Assembly: GCA_032718475.1 (NCBI GenBank) | Contig: JAUCBJ010005087.1 | Location: 1-64,000 of the forward strand | DNA from: Nemertoderma westbladi | Lineage: Eukaryota > Animalia > Xenacoelomorpha | Length of the DNA: 64,000 nt | Reading direction: 5' to 3' | Shown here: one piece after another, positions 1 to 10,126 of the stretch | Layout: each line of letters starts with the position of its first letter | How positions within the stretch are numbered: position 1 is the stretch's first letter | Notes under the pieces: generated by a model | Database searches by the model: none | What the model was told of the DNA's origin: nothing | Seen by the model: only the letters and a program-made list of their open reading frames with translations | Position numbers and translations under genes: made by a program

Positions 1-93
1 CCAACGGTTTGTTCCATAGCGAAACGGAATTCCTCCATGTCCAGACCACCTCCACCATCTTCATCTGCTTCTTCAAATATTTCCTGAAGCCGC
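1..93 (-). CDS. Internal coding exon of an EF-hand protein (WDR49/EFCAB8/WDY-like N-terminus); continues beyond the window start
   Basis: Minus strand tttatttag|G CGG CTT... reads RLQEIFEEADEDGGGGLDMEEFRFAMEQTVG. It contains an EF-hand loop (DEDGGGGLDMEE) and has an AG acceptor at 95-94, phase 2. Family assignment is from motif recall. Confidence 0.8.
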
Positions 94-128
94 CTAAATA
101 AAGCGAAATGATGATAGATATGTACATT

Positions 129-527
129 AGGCCTACATACTGTAGGGTGTAGGCCTACATACTGAAGGGTGTAGGCCTACATACTGTAGGGTGTAGGCCT
201 ACTTACTGTAGGGTCTAGGCCTACATAATGTAGGGTGTATGCCTACATACTTTAGGGTGTAGGCCTACATACCGTCGGGTGTAGGCCTACATACTGTAGG
301 GTGTAGGCCTACATACTGTAGGGTGTAGGCCTACATACTGTATGGTCTAGGCCTACATACTCTGGGGTGTAGGCCTACATACTGTAGGGTCTAGGCCTAC
401 ATACTGTAGGGAGTAGGCCTACATACTTTAGGGTGTAGGCCTACATACCGTCGGGTGTAGGCCTACATACTGTAGGGTGTAGGCCTACATACTGTAGGGT
501 GTAGGCCTACATACTGTAGGGTGTAGG
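129..527. repeat. 22-bp tandem repeat (AGGCCTACATACTGTAGGGTGT), about 18 copies
   Basis: Directly visible periodicity with scattered substitutions. Confidence 0.95.
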
Positions 528-936
528 TGTACATTAAAAATGGTTGACATTATTAGCATAGCACTTTATCTTCATTAAAAAAGGGCAGTCATTTATCGAC
601 TTACTAAAAATAATCACTTTTCACTAAATTTTAACAGGAAAATCACTTTATTTACTATATACAGTATGTAACATGCCCCCGTTAGTCAATGTGTCGCTAC
701 TGTACCTTTAATAATTGATATGTTCCATGGTGTACACCATGTAGGCCTAATAACTTTTGAGTGTGTGAATGGATTTTACTCAAATTACGCGCAAACCTTT
801 TCTACTTTCTACCGATGCTCTTTCAACACATGTGATAAAATTTAAGAAATTTAAAAATATATATTTACATTTTATTATACTTTTTTCGTCGAAAAAAATA
901 AATCGAATGCAATCATTTGGGTTACTTTTTTCTTAA

Positions 937-1652
937 GGGGGGGGGGGGGTACACCATTTTGGTCAAAAATATGTCGAAATTTTTTTTATGATATATTATA
1001 ATGCACCATTGAATGGTGTTTCCAAATCTGAAAACCGCTATTTAATAGCTCTTTTAGTTTTTAAGTTATAACAATTTCCATTTAGGGATTCCTATTGAAA
1101 TTACTATTACTATATATAATGAAAGGTCGATTATCTCAAAATATTTTTTTTATGAAATTGTCAACTTCAAAACCCTACTACTTCTACAATTTTTGAGCAA
1201 TTAGTCTGAAACTTTCTGTGGGTGTCTACATAGCCACCCTGCATAAAAGTATCAGACAACTTTTCGAAATTATTTGTTAATAAAATTTAATACTATTTAT
1301 AACAAACCTAAAAATTAGGCATAAATTTGCAGCGCCACCTAGCGGTGCAGAATTATTTTCACAAAATTTCGCCTGATAGTTATGTTGCCCCATCTTTGAT
1401 CTATCATATAAAAAAACTTTCATGTGATTAGATTCAAAACTGAAAAAGCCTTAGGGTTTTAAGCGCAACCAAGTTTTTTTGTTGTTAACTAGTATTAACT
1501 AATATTAAATAGCGAAAAATAAAAATTTTCTAACCTGTCATGTAGAATAGCATCTTAGGCACTTATATTCCAAATTCTAGCCAAAACCAAACAATTTTGA
1601 AACGCTGAGAGTGATAAATCGAAGAGTTGTCCGAAAATGGTGTACCCCCCCC
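937..1652. mobile_element. Non-autonomous DNA transposon (Kolobok-like MITE)
   Basis: TIRs (G)nTACACCATTTT and AAAATGGTGTA(C)n, flanked by TTAA at 933-936 and 1653-1656. A TTAA TSD with purine (GG) termini fits Kolobok better than piggyBac (CC...GG). Confidence 0.7.
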
Positions 1653-1900
1653 TTAAGGTAAAAAGTAGGTGTTTTTTAGGCGTACTCCCGATATTGAGTA
1701 TATTCAAGCGAAAAAGTAGGCCTAACAATTTAAGAATTAGTGAAAAATATAATTAATGGGCACAATCAGCTATCACTTTGTGATGATAAGTGAACGATAA
1801 ACGATGAGTGAGGCGGTGTTATAATGAAATATATAGATCAAGTTGGAAATGTACAGTATATTAATATTTAACCTTATGGACGGGTGCGTTTGGCGTCATC

Positions 1901-2451
1901 TGTTAGCTTATTCAATCCCGCCAACACCCCATAAAGTTATTAGCCGATAAGCAATATTGGGAGCCACGAGATTGGGCAATTAACCAACTCGTGCCATCCC
2001 AATAAGAGTGGGAAGGAGGCACACAATAGAAGGTCAGGGGCCAAACCCCTAACCCAAGGAGAACAGGTGGAGTGAACGGGAATACTCCACGGGGCGCCAA
2101 CAAGGGTATTAACCAATCAGAGGGGGGAATGGCATCGATTGAGTAGCAATAAGGCCACCGTGCAATATAACCAGTAACCTGTAATCATATCATTCAGTTT
2201 ACTCAGTCAGCTATCCCAGTACAGTAAGGCAGTACGGTGACTGTTAAGACCGTCGTCGCCACCGTCACCATATTACCGGTATATTAGCTTTATCTACTGT
2301 GCTATCTGTATCACTCATCATTTATTATCTCAACGTTATCAGAGTTCGACAACGACACTAGAACAATTATTACCTTTTCCATTCACACGGCGGGGCGGGG
2401 ACGCGTACGAAACACACCGGATAAACCGGGATCCTCTCGGATCCCGTCACA
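1901..2451 (+). repeat. 5' LTR of element 1 (551 bp)
   Basis: TGTTAG...GTCACA; matches 9165-9715 with one substitution noticed (GGTATATT vs GGTACATT). CCAAT at about 2113, TATA-like CAATATAA at about 2163, Inr-like TCAGTT at about 2195. Confidence 0.95.
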
Positions 2452-2546
2452 GTCTTAACATCTGAGAATTGCCTGAACTGTAACTGCCCGTCACAGTCTT
2501 AACACTAGGCCTGCCGAGCTGTGACTGACGGCTACCAAAGACGAAG

Positions 2547-4127
2547 ATGAGTCGAGAGAGAGGAACGACACCGCCGCGGACCCCGGACGACGATCTAACG
2601 ATCCGCGAGGCCACGGCGAGACGATACGGACCCACGACGCCGGTCGATGCTACGTCGACCACGTCGATAACGAGCAACCCGGCGAACCAAGATGTGGGGG
2701 GTCGTCTACAGCGAGAGAGCGAGTCGAGTAGAGGAGAGAGCGAGACGGGGGAGGAGAGAGACGAGTCGACACAGGGCGGCGGTCGATATGCCGATGTCGC
2801 CGGTCAGCCACAGACCGAGGGCGACGAACGGCCCACCGGAACGGCAACGGTGGAGCCGACGGTACGACGCCGAACCCGGAGGGAGAGAGGAGAGGTCGGC
2901 GACGAGGATGTCGGGGTTTCTGATCGACTTCGACGAGCCTACGCCGCGACCCGGGAACAACTGAAGGAAGCTAGAGGAGGGGCTGAGATAGACCAGGTGA
3001 AGTTGAGGAGACGACTAGGTGAGTCGAACAGATACTTTGATTACCTAGTGCGTTCTGGGCAGGGAGAACTGGCCGAGGAGAGAGCGAGAGGGGTTGCCTT
3101 CGAACTGTTTGGGCTATGGGAACGTAGGGGTATGGGGCCTGGTGTAGTGTACATAGGGCCATACTTAGTCGATGCCAGGGAAGTTAAGTTAGTGGGTTGG
3201 GCGGGACCGCACGAGGGCGAATCCGAGGTTAGCTCCGAGGATTCGGTCTCGTCGGTCAGCGAGGACCCCGGAAAGCGGGGGAAAGTTAGTAGGACGGAGG
3301 GGCGGCGGGAGTCCGTCGCAACCGATAAGTCTGCTACATCCTCCGCAAAAGAAAGAAGGGTGCAGGAGATAAATCTGGCTGCATATAAATTAAAAATTGA
3401 AGAATTAGAGTGGCGACTGAGGGGAAGGAAGGAGCGAGAGAGTGAACGCGAAGAGCGTGAGGCAAGAGAACAGAGCGTGCGGTACACGTACAGTACGTAC
3501 AGCAACCGTACGGGTGAGGGGGGTAGTAGTAGTGCGTTAGGAAATATTGGTATTAATAGTACCGTAGTAAATAACCCTAATCCCTTTATTACAGGAAATA
3601 TTTTACCCGGTAGTAGTAATTTAAGTTTAAATTCAAATAATAATATTAATTCAAATATTCAGAATAATCAAAATAATTCAAATAATTCGAATAGCAATTT
3701 AAATTTTGAAAATAATAACAACTCTAATTTAAATAATTTAAATAATTCCGTTTCAAATTCTAATAATTCGATTGATTTAACAAATAATATTGGGAATGGT
3801 GCTATTAATATGAACGTGCCAGACGTGTATAGCCCGGCAGACGGCGGCCTGGTAGGCCACGTAGTTAGTAGACAGGAAGTGGCGGGGTTGCGCCAACCCG
3901 ACGGCGGCCTGGTAGGCCACGTAGTTGGTAGGCAGGAGGTAGCGGGGTTGAGCCAACCCGAGGTGGGCCTGGTAGGCCTCGCAGTAGTAGAGAGAGAGGC
4001 GGGGGTGAATAGACCCAGCCGTAGTAGAGACAGTGTGTCGACTAGAGAGGGGTGTAGAGACGAAGTAAGAGATATTGAAGTTAGATGTGGCGGGTGGGGG
4101 GGGGGCTACGGGCGCCCCACCACATGA
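2547..4127 (+). CDS. Element 1 Gag N-terminal extension, part 1 (low-complexity R/E-rich, with an Asn-rich tract)
   Basis: 526-aa ATG ORF starting 95 nt after the 5' LTR and ending just after a G10 run. Confidence 0.65.
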   Translation: MSRERGTTPPRTPDDDLTIREATARRYGPTTPVDATSTTSITSNPANQDVGGRLQRESESSRGESETGEERDESTQGGGRYADVAGQPQTEGDERPTGTATVEPTVRRRTRRERGEVGDEDVGVSDRLRRAYAATREQLKEARGGAEIDQVKLRRRLGESNRYFDYLVRSGQGELAEERARGVAFELFGLWERRGMGPGVVYIGPYLVDAREVKLVGWAGPHEGESEVSSEDSVSSVSEDPGKRGKVSRTEGRRESVATDKSATSSAKERRVQEINLAAYKLKIEELEWRLRGRKERESEREEREAREQSVRYTYSTYSNRTGEGGSSSALGNIGINSTVVNNPNPFITGNILPGSSNLSLNSNNNINSNIQNNQNNSNNSNSNLNFENNNNSNLNNLNNSVSNSNNSIDLTNNIGNGAINMNVPDVYSPADGGLVGHVVSRQEVAGLRQPDGGLVGHVVGRQEVAGLSQPEVGLVGLAVVEREAGVNRPSRSRDSVSTREGCRDEVRDIEVRCGGWGGGYGRPTT

Positions 4128-4196
4128 AGATTAGTGGCGAGAGAGGGGGGGCAGAGAATGCCCCACAAGAGGGGTGTAGAAGTGTAGTAAGAGGTA

Positions 4197-5144
4197 GTGA
4201 AGTTAGAAGTAGCGGGTGGGGGGGGGGCTACGGGCACCCCACCGCGAGAGATTAGTAGCGAGAGAGGGGGGGCAGGGAGTGTCCCACAGGCGTCGGCGGA
4301 TAATGCGCGGGCCGAGTTAGGTAAACCGCAACACCCGGCGATGGAGAGTAATAGGGGGATTGCGAGTATCCCCAGCGGCGTGCGATCGAGCAGAGAGAGA
4401 CAGGTTGACGTCGCGAGAGGGCGGGCGACGGAACGTCGAGCCCAGTCAGAAGAGAGAAGATTAGTAGAGTTTAATAGAGAGGTCGAAGATAGAAGAAGAT
4501 TAGTAGAGTTTAATAGAGGGGTCGAAGAGAGAAGAAAGGAAGATAATAGAAGAGTCGTTGCTAGGAGCAACCGGAGAGCGAGGACGGATAGCGAGCCGTC
4601 GATAGTAGAGATGGAGGTAGGGAGTCAGTGGGGTCGAACTTCGGGAGATTGCCGTCGCCCCGGAGAAACGCACCGCACACCAAGAGAGGGGTACAGGATG
4701 TACCGATACGAAGAAGAGAACAGGAGTGGGGATCGAAGAGAAACTTCCCGACGTGATATAGCTGCCGATCGAGAGTACGGTAGTCGCGGGGAGATTCGAG
4801 ATTCGAGAAGAATAAACTTCGATTCGGAAGGGCACATGCAGACTGCAGGACATACTGTAGGCCTTACTGCACATACTATTATAGGCCATGCTGGGAGAGA
4901 TAGAGTAGGCGATAGGGTAGCGCGAACGACGGGATTAAACCCGGAAGTCGCGGAGTACATACCGGTAGGTAGGCAAGAAGTGAATAGGCCTATATCGGTA
5001 CCGGTACAGCAGCATGACTATAATTTCCAGGGACACAACATATATCCAGGGGAGGGGGGAATTATTGCAGATAGATGTATGGGCCCCAATATATTAACAT
5101 CAACCCCAGTACCAAACATACCGGTGGGGGGGGGGACAGGGTGA
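4197..5144 (+). CDS. Element 1 Gag N-terminal extension, part 2 (R/E-rich)
   Basis: 315-aa ORF between G10 runs; probably part of one long ORF broken at homopolymers. Confidence 0.6.
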   Translation: MKLEVAGGGGATGTPPREISSERGGAGSVPQASADNARAELGKPQHPAMESNRGIASIPSGVRSSRERQVDVARGRATERRAQSEERRLVEFNREVEDRRRLVEFNRGVEERRKEDNRRVVARSNRRARTDSEPSIVEMEVGSQWGRTSGDCRRPGETHRTPREGYRMYRYEEENRSGDRRETSRRDIAADREYGSRGEIRDSRRINFDSEGHMQTAGHTVGLTAHTIIGHAGRDRVGDRVARTTGLNPEVAEYIPVGRQEVNRPISVPVQQHDYNFQGHNIYPGEGGIIADRCMGPNILTSTPVPNIPVGGGTG

Positions 5145-5202
5145 CATTCCCCCATCACAATATCAACAATATACCCCAATAGGAGCGAGAACATCGAACC
5201 CC

Positions 5203-7551
5203 TTGGACGAGAGCAGATCGTGCGACACGGAAATATGGAGGGGGCCGTTACCCCCAATGATATATCCGACGCAACAAATAAAGTCAACAACAAATAGGAC
5301 GGACGGACCGTACCCAGCAGGAGAAACTATACAACATCCATCGAACCCATTAGAAGCGCAAGCGATGGGAATGGCCACATTGATCGATGCGTTAAAAACT
5401 AGGATCGAGTTACCACCTGTGGAACCATTTAAATTCGATGGGAGTAGGCCGGAAGAATATCTACAGTTTCGGCGCATGTATAGTAACGAAATATTAAGTA
5501 AGAACTTGACGCAGGCGGAGTGCCTAAAATATCTGCAAGTATATACAGGAGGCCCAGCATACGACATCGTGAGGCAATACCAGGGCATCGAGGGCGGCTT
5601 CACGACAGCATGGCGGGCGCTAGATAGGGAATACGGGCACCCGGCCAAGATCATCCGGCAAACCCTGAGAGGCATAACATCGGATGGCCTACAGGACAAT
5701 CCCGTTAGCATAAGGACCTTTGCAAACAAGGTCGAGAAGGCGTTAATCGTGTTAAAGACGCTAGACGCGCCATACGAACTCAACGCATCTAACAACATCA
5801 CCACGATAGCGCAGGCACTGCCGGTCTGGTTACGAAGAAAGTGGAGGAAAATCGCTTTCTCCACACGGGAAAAGAAGGGTGCGGAACCGGGCCTGGAAGA
5901 AATGTCGAGCTTCCTCAACTATGAAGCCGAATTAATAACAGACCCAGTCTATAGCGAGGATAGTTTGGGGACAAGCCATAAACCCGAACACGATCCTGCA
6001 GATCCACTCCCGAGAGTAGGACAATCACTACCACATGCAGCCACACAGGGGACTACCAGTCCACAGTTAGCTGGTAGTAGGGCCACACCGTGGTGGGGAC
6101 AGAAAGAAAATAACACCATAAACAAACATAATCCCAATATACCCAGTAGGCCGAGCACAGACAACCAAAACACTAAATCGGTACATATAAACCTACGCGC
6201 GATACGTGAAGGACTATACAGGGAACGCTATAATCCAGGATTCGAATGTCAATTACACCGGGACGGAACCCATAAGACCAGGAGTTGTAAGCACTGGCAA
6301 GCGTTGCCCAAACAAGATCGTATAGCCTACACAGACGCAAACGGACTATGTCATCGATGTGTGGTAGAAGGACACAGATCCGGAGAGTGTAGAGAAACAG
6401 CAGTTAGAGAGTCCGAGACTGGAGGCCAGGCAATGGCCACAAGCACTATAGAAGAGGAGAAGAAGAGAAAAGTACTACTCGGGGTAGTACCAGTAAAGAT
6501 ATCAGGAGAGGGCGGTCGATCAGTAACGACATTAATGCTGGTCGACAGCGGAGCAGCCTTCACGCTGGTGGAGAACTGGGTGGCCGAAGAGATAGGGCTA
6601 AAGACAAGGCCGAATAGAATGGCGGTGACTACCGTCTCGAGTAAAGATGAGGTCCTGGAGACGAGGGCGGGGCGGTGCAGGATAGCAGCGATTGCACCGG
6701 GATACGACTATGGGGCGACGATCGACCCCATCCACGTCATAGAATCGATAAACATCAACGCCAGGCGACCAACCAACATTGAGGTCGAACAATATAGATT
6801 CCTGGACGGTATCGATTTCTCAATACCAAAGGTGGACGTCAGGAAGGTGTCCATTATAGTAGGGATGGACTGCCCGACGGCCCACGAGAGAACGAAGACG
6901 GTCTTCGGCGAAGACAGGCAGCGGGACCCGACGGCGATCCTCACGCCGTTCGGATGGATGCTTAGCGGCCCAGTTAAAACTAAGATCCCATGCAGTGTGA
7001 CAGAGACATCAGGGTGCATGTTACCAGGCACCGCAGGCGCAGAGGACGAAGAGGAGAAACAGGAGATAGTAGATCCAGATAGGGAGGTGACAGTAAGAAA
7101 GTGGGCAGAGGAGAGTAGGTTTCCCAGCAAGCATCGGTATGGAGATGGAGCGGAGCGGATGGCGAGGTGTCCGGAGGACAACACTCCGGGGGAGTGTCCA
7201 GAGGAGTGTCCGGAAGAGACGCAGGTCCGGTTTGGAGGCATACCGACAAGGGGGAAGTCGAGAAGGAAGGCAGGATGGAAAGGGATAGGACTATTATTCT
7301 ACCTTCTGTTTTTCCTGTTCTTTCACTTTCTATTCATTCTGCCGGCGGGAGACAACAAGGAGGGAGGTGGCATTTTGACGCCAGAGGGCGAGATAGTTAA
7401 GAAGGGGGCGGAGAGACCCGATTTCAGGGTGGCAGAAGAGGGAGAACCAATTCCTGGTGAGATGGAATTGGCGAAGAGAGTGCGGCGAATTCTACAGGAC
7501 CTACAAGATCAGCAGTGGGAGAGTGCCTGTTGGAAGAATCGCCCTAGTTAA
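5203..7551 (+). CDS. Element 1 BEL/Pao Gag core, zinc knuckles, aspartic protease and degenerate integrase relic
   Basis: Gag core motifs LPPVEPFKFDGS...YLQF and AWRALDREYG (DUF1759-like), knuckles CQLHRDGTHKTRSC and CHRCVVEGHRSGEC, protease LVDSGA, and AILTPFGWMLSGP. No YxDD motif. Confidence 0.88.
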   Translation: MDESRSCDTEIWRGPLPPMIYPTQQIKSTTNRTDGPYPAGETIQHPSNPLEAQAMGMATLIDALKTRIELPPVEPFKFDGSRPEEYLQFRRMYSNEILSKNLTQAECLKYLQVYTGGPAYDIVRQYQGIEGGFTTAWRALDREYGHPAKIIRQTLRGITSDGLQDNPVSIRTFANKVEKALIVLKTLDAPYELNASNNITTIAQALPVWLRRKWRKIAFSTREKKGAEPGLEEMSSFLNYEAELITDPVYSEDSLGTSHKPEHDPADPLPRVGQSLPHAATQGTTSPQLAGSRATPWWGQKENNTINKHNPNIPSRPSTDNQNTKSVHINLRAIREGLYRERYNPGFECQLHRDGTHKTRSCKHWQALPKQDRIAYTDANGLCHRCVVEGHRSGECRETAVRESETGGQAMATSTIEEEKKRKVLLGVVPVKISGEGGRSVTTLMLVDSGAAFTLVENWVAEEIGLKTRPNRMAVTTVSSKDEVLETRAGRCRIAAIAPGYDYGATIDPIHVIESININARRPTNIEVEQYRFLDGIDFSIPKVDVRKVSIIVGMDCPTAHERTKTVFGEDRQRDPTAILTPFGWMLSGPVKTKIPCSVTETSGCMLPGTAGAEDEEEKQEIVDPDREVTVRKWAEESRFPSKHRYGDGAERMARCPEDNTPGECPEECPEETQVRFGGIPTRGKSRRKAGWKGIGLLFYLLFFLFFHFLFILPAGDNKEGGGILTPEGEIVKKGAERPDFRVAEEGEPIPGEMELAKRVRRILQDLQDQQWESACWKNRPS

Positions 7552-7779
7552 GAGGTTTAGTCGTCCAATATTTTGGACTGAGGGGGGTGGGAATGAGGGC
7601 GAGACGCCCTTCCCACAAGAAAATAATTATTTAATTAAAAAACAAATAATAAAAATAATTAAATAATAATTAGTAGAGGATAGTAAGAAGTAGCAGTTAG
7701 AAGTTAGGTAGAAGGAGAGTAGGTTAGAAGGCGGCGGGGTAAGGGAGTGTGGCATATTGTCATGCCACGAGTAGTAGTA

Positions 7780-8570
7780 GGGGGGTTGTGGGCACCGTAA
7801 GCGCCACGTAGAAGGTGAGTAAGTTAGAAGTCGGCGGGTAAGGGAGTGTGGCATATTGTCATGCCACGAGTAATAGTAGGGGGGTTGTGGGCACCGGAAG
7901 CGCCATGTAGAAAGTAGTAGTAGGGGGGTCGTGGGCACCGGAAGCGCCACGTAGAAAGTAGTAGTAGTGGAGTGGTTGTGGGCACCGTTAGCGCCACGTA
8001 GAAAGTAGTAGTAGTGGAGTGGTTGTGGGCACCGTTAGCGCCACGTAGAAAGTAGTAGTAGTGGAGTGGTTGTGGGCACCGTTAGCGCCACGTAGAAAGT
8101 AGTAAGAGAGGGGTTGTGGGCACCGGAAGCGCCACGTAGAAAGTAGTAGCAGGGAGTGGTTGTGGGCACCGCAAGCGCCACGTAGATAGAGGTATTAGTG
8201 GAGGTGGAGATGTAGATAGAGTAGAGTGGTAGAGACGGGCACATAGGGTGCCAGCTAGTAGAGTTAGAGATAGTAGAGAGTTAGTAGAGTTAGAAAGATA
8301 GTAGCAGAGTAGAAGCAGTAGTAGAGTGGTTGTGGGCACCGTTAGCGCCACGTAGATGGAGGTAGAGTTAGTAAGAGGGTACGTAGTACCGGTTGTGGTT
8401 GTGGGCACCGTTAGCGCCACGTAGATGGAGGTAGAGTTAGTAAGAGGGTACGTAGTACCGGTTGTGGTTGTGGGCACCGTTAGCGCCACGTAGATGGAGA
8501 TAGAGTTAGTAAGAGGGTACGTAGTACCGGTTGTGGTTGTGGGCACCGTTAGCGCCACGTAGATAGAGAT
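7780..8570 (+). repeat. Array of about 12 copies of GTGGGCACCGNNAGCGCCACGTAGA with purine-rich spacers (periods of about 44-47, 69 and 98 bp) in the 3' non-coding region of element 1
   Basis: Copies at about 7789, 7887, 7931, 7978, 8025, 8072, 8116, 8162, 8332, 8401, 8470 and 8539. Confidence 0.9.
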
Positions 8571-9126
8571 AGAGTTAGTTGGAGGATTTTAGTCAGAGTT
8601 AGAAAAGAGTTAGTAGAGTTAGTAGTAGAGTTAGAGAGTTCTAGTTAGAGTTAGTAGAAAGTTAGATGCTTTTAGTTAGAGCTAAAAGTAGTAAGAGTTA
8701 GCAGAGAGCAGAGTTAGTAGTTAGTAGAGTTAGATAGTTAGTGTTAGTAAGTTAGATAAGGTAGATAGTATGATAGCACAGGGGTAGCATTGGAGATTAG
8801 GGCCTTAGGGAGTGGCAGAGAGTAGAGAGGAGATAGTGAGAAGAGCTGTTGGCGAGAAGTTAGAGTGCGATTCAGGTGTGGGGAGAGTGTAAGAGTGGGG
8901 AGAGAGCGAGTTGAGTTAGAGAGCGAGGGTTGGAGTGGCGAGAGTGTTGGGGAAACAAAAATTGTGTGAGAGAAGCGCACGATCGGCCCGACACGAGACG
9001 CCAGAGGGTAGTGACATCATACCCATAGGGAGCGGCCCGGAAAGCCGGCTCCGAAAAGAAAATAACTCCACCCCACACCCGATACTAGATCGGGATCCAG
9101 CGGGATTGTAACGCACTTTTTGGTTG

Positions 9127-9164
9127 ATGCTATCTTCTTACCGGGAAGATAGCATGGGGGGGAG
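9127..9164 (+). promoter_or_regulatory. 11-bp stem-loop directly followed by the polypurine tract of element 1
   Basis: ATGCTATCTTC-ttaccgg-GAAGATAGCAT, then a G-run ending in AG that abuts the TG of the 3' LTR. Confidence 0.8.
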
Positions 9165-9715
9165 TGTTAGCTTATTCAATCCCGCCAACACCCCATAAAG
9201 TTATTAGCCGATAAGCAATATTGGGAGCCACGAGATTGGGCAATTAACCAACTCGTGCCATCCCAATAAGAGTGGGAAGGAGGCACACAATAGAAGGTCA
9301 GGGGCCAAACCCCTAACCCAAGGAGAACAGGTGGAGTGAACGGGAATACTCCACGGGGCGCCAACAAGGGTATTAACCAATCAGAGGGGGGAATGGCATC
9401 GATTGAGTAGCAATAAGGCCACCGTGCAATATAACCAGTAACCTGTAATCATATCATTCAGTTTACTCAGTCAGCTATCCCAGTACAGTAAGGCAGTACG
9501 GTGACTGTTAAGACCGTCGTCGCCACCGTCACCATATTACCGGTACATTAGCTTTATCTACTGTGCTATCTGTATCACTCATCATTTATTATCTCAACGT
9601 TATCAGAGTTCGACAACGACACTAGAACAATTATTACCTTTTCCATTCACACGGCGGGGCGGGGACGCGTACGAAACACACCGGATAAACCGGGATCCTC
9701 TCGGATCCCGTCACA
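9165..9715 (+). repeat. 3' LTR of element 1
   Basis: Direct repeat of 1901-2451, followed by TSD TCATC. Confidence 0.95.
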
Positions 9716-10126
9716 TCATCATTCTAATCATGTTTTATTATTATTAATCTCGTCAATAAAATTATATATATATATATTAAATTCCAGCTTTGGTATTAAT
9801 TACTGTGAACGTAGGCTAGTAAACTGTACCACACTTAAAAACATCAAATTAAATCAGTCCAATTATCTAATTCTAGAACATTCATTAAATATCTATTGAC
9901 TATAAGAGTTAGCAAAAGCAAAAAAAAGTAATAAAAAACGCTTAGAAACCGCACCAAAAAAGTAGAGATGGGCCTTTATGTGCGAATGAGTGGTTTCAAA
10001 AACATTAGTCATGCTTAGAAGAGTCAAAGTTTAGAAAAGTCAGATTTAAGATTTAAAGTTTGGCAGTAGTGTTTGGCATAGTGGCTACAACTGGTGTGCG
10101 CACTGTAGGCCTACATATGTACGTAC

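Larger units (their letters stand above)
1901..9715 (+). mobile_element. Element 1: complete, young, non-autonomous BEL/Pao LTR retrotransposon (gag-protease, no RT/RNase H), inside a host-gene intron
   Basis: TG...CA LTRs at 1901-2451 and 9165-9715, 5-bp TSD TCATC (1896-1900 and 9716-9720), PPT at 9156-9164, BEL-type Gag and LVDSGA protease. Confidence 0.93.

Noticed and set aside
1912-2103. 63-aa ORF duplicated at 9176-9367
   Set aside because: Antisense ORF inside the LTRs; duplicated only because the LTR is.
8082-8558. 158-aa Thr-rich mucin-like ORF on the minus strand
   Set aside because: By-product of the 69-bp tandem repeats, with a non-ATG start.
7780-8570. CRISPR-like repeat-spacer appearance
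   Set aside because: The spacers are themselves duplicated low-complexity sequence of variable length, there are no cas genes, and the array lies inside a eukaryotic LTR element.
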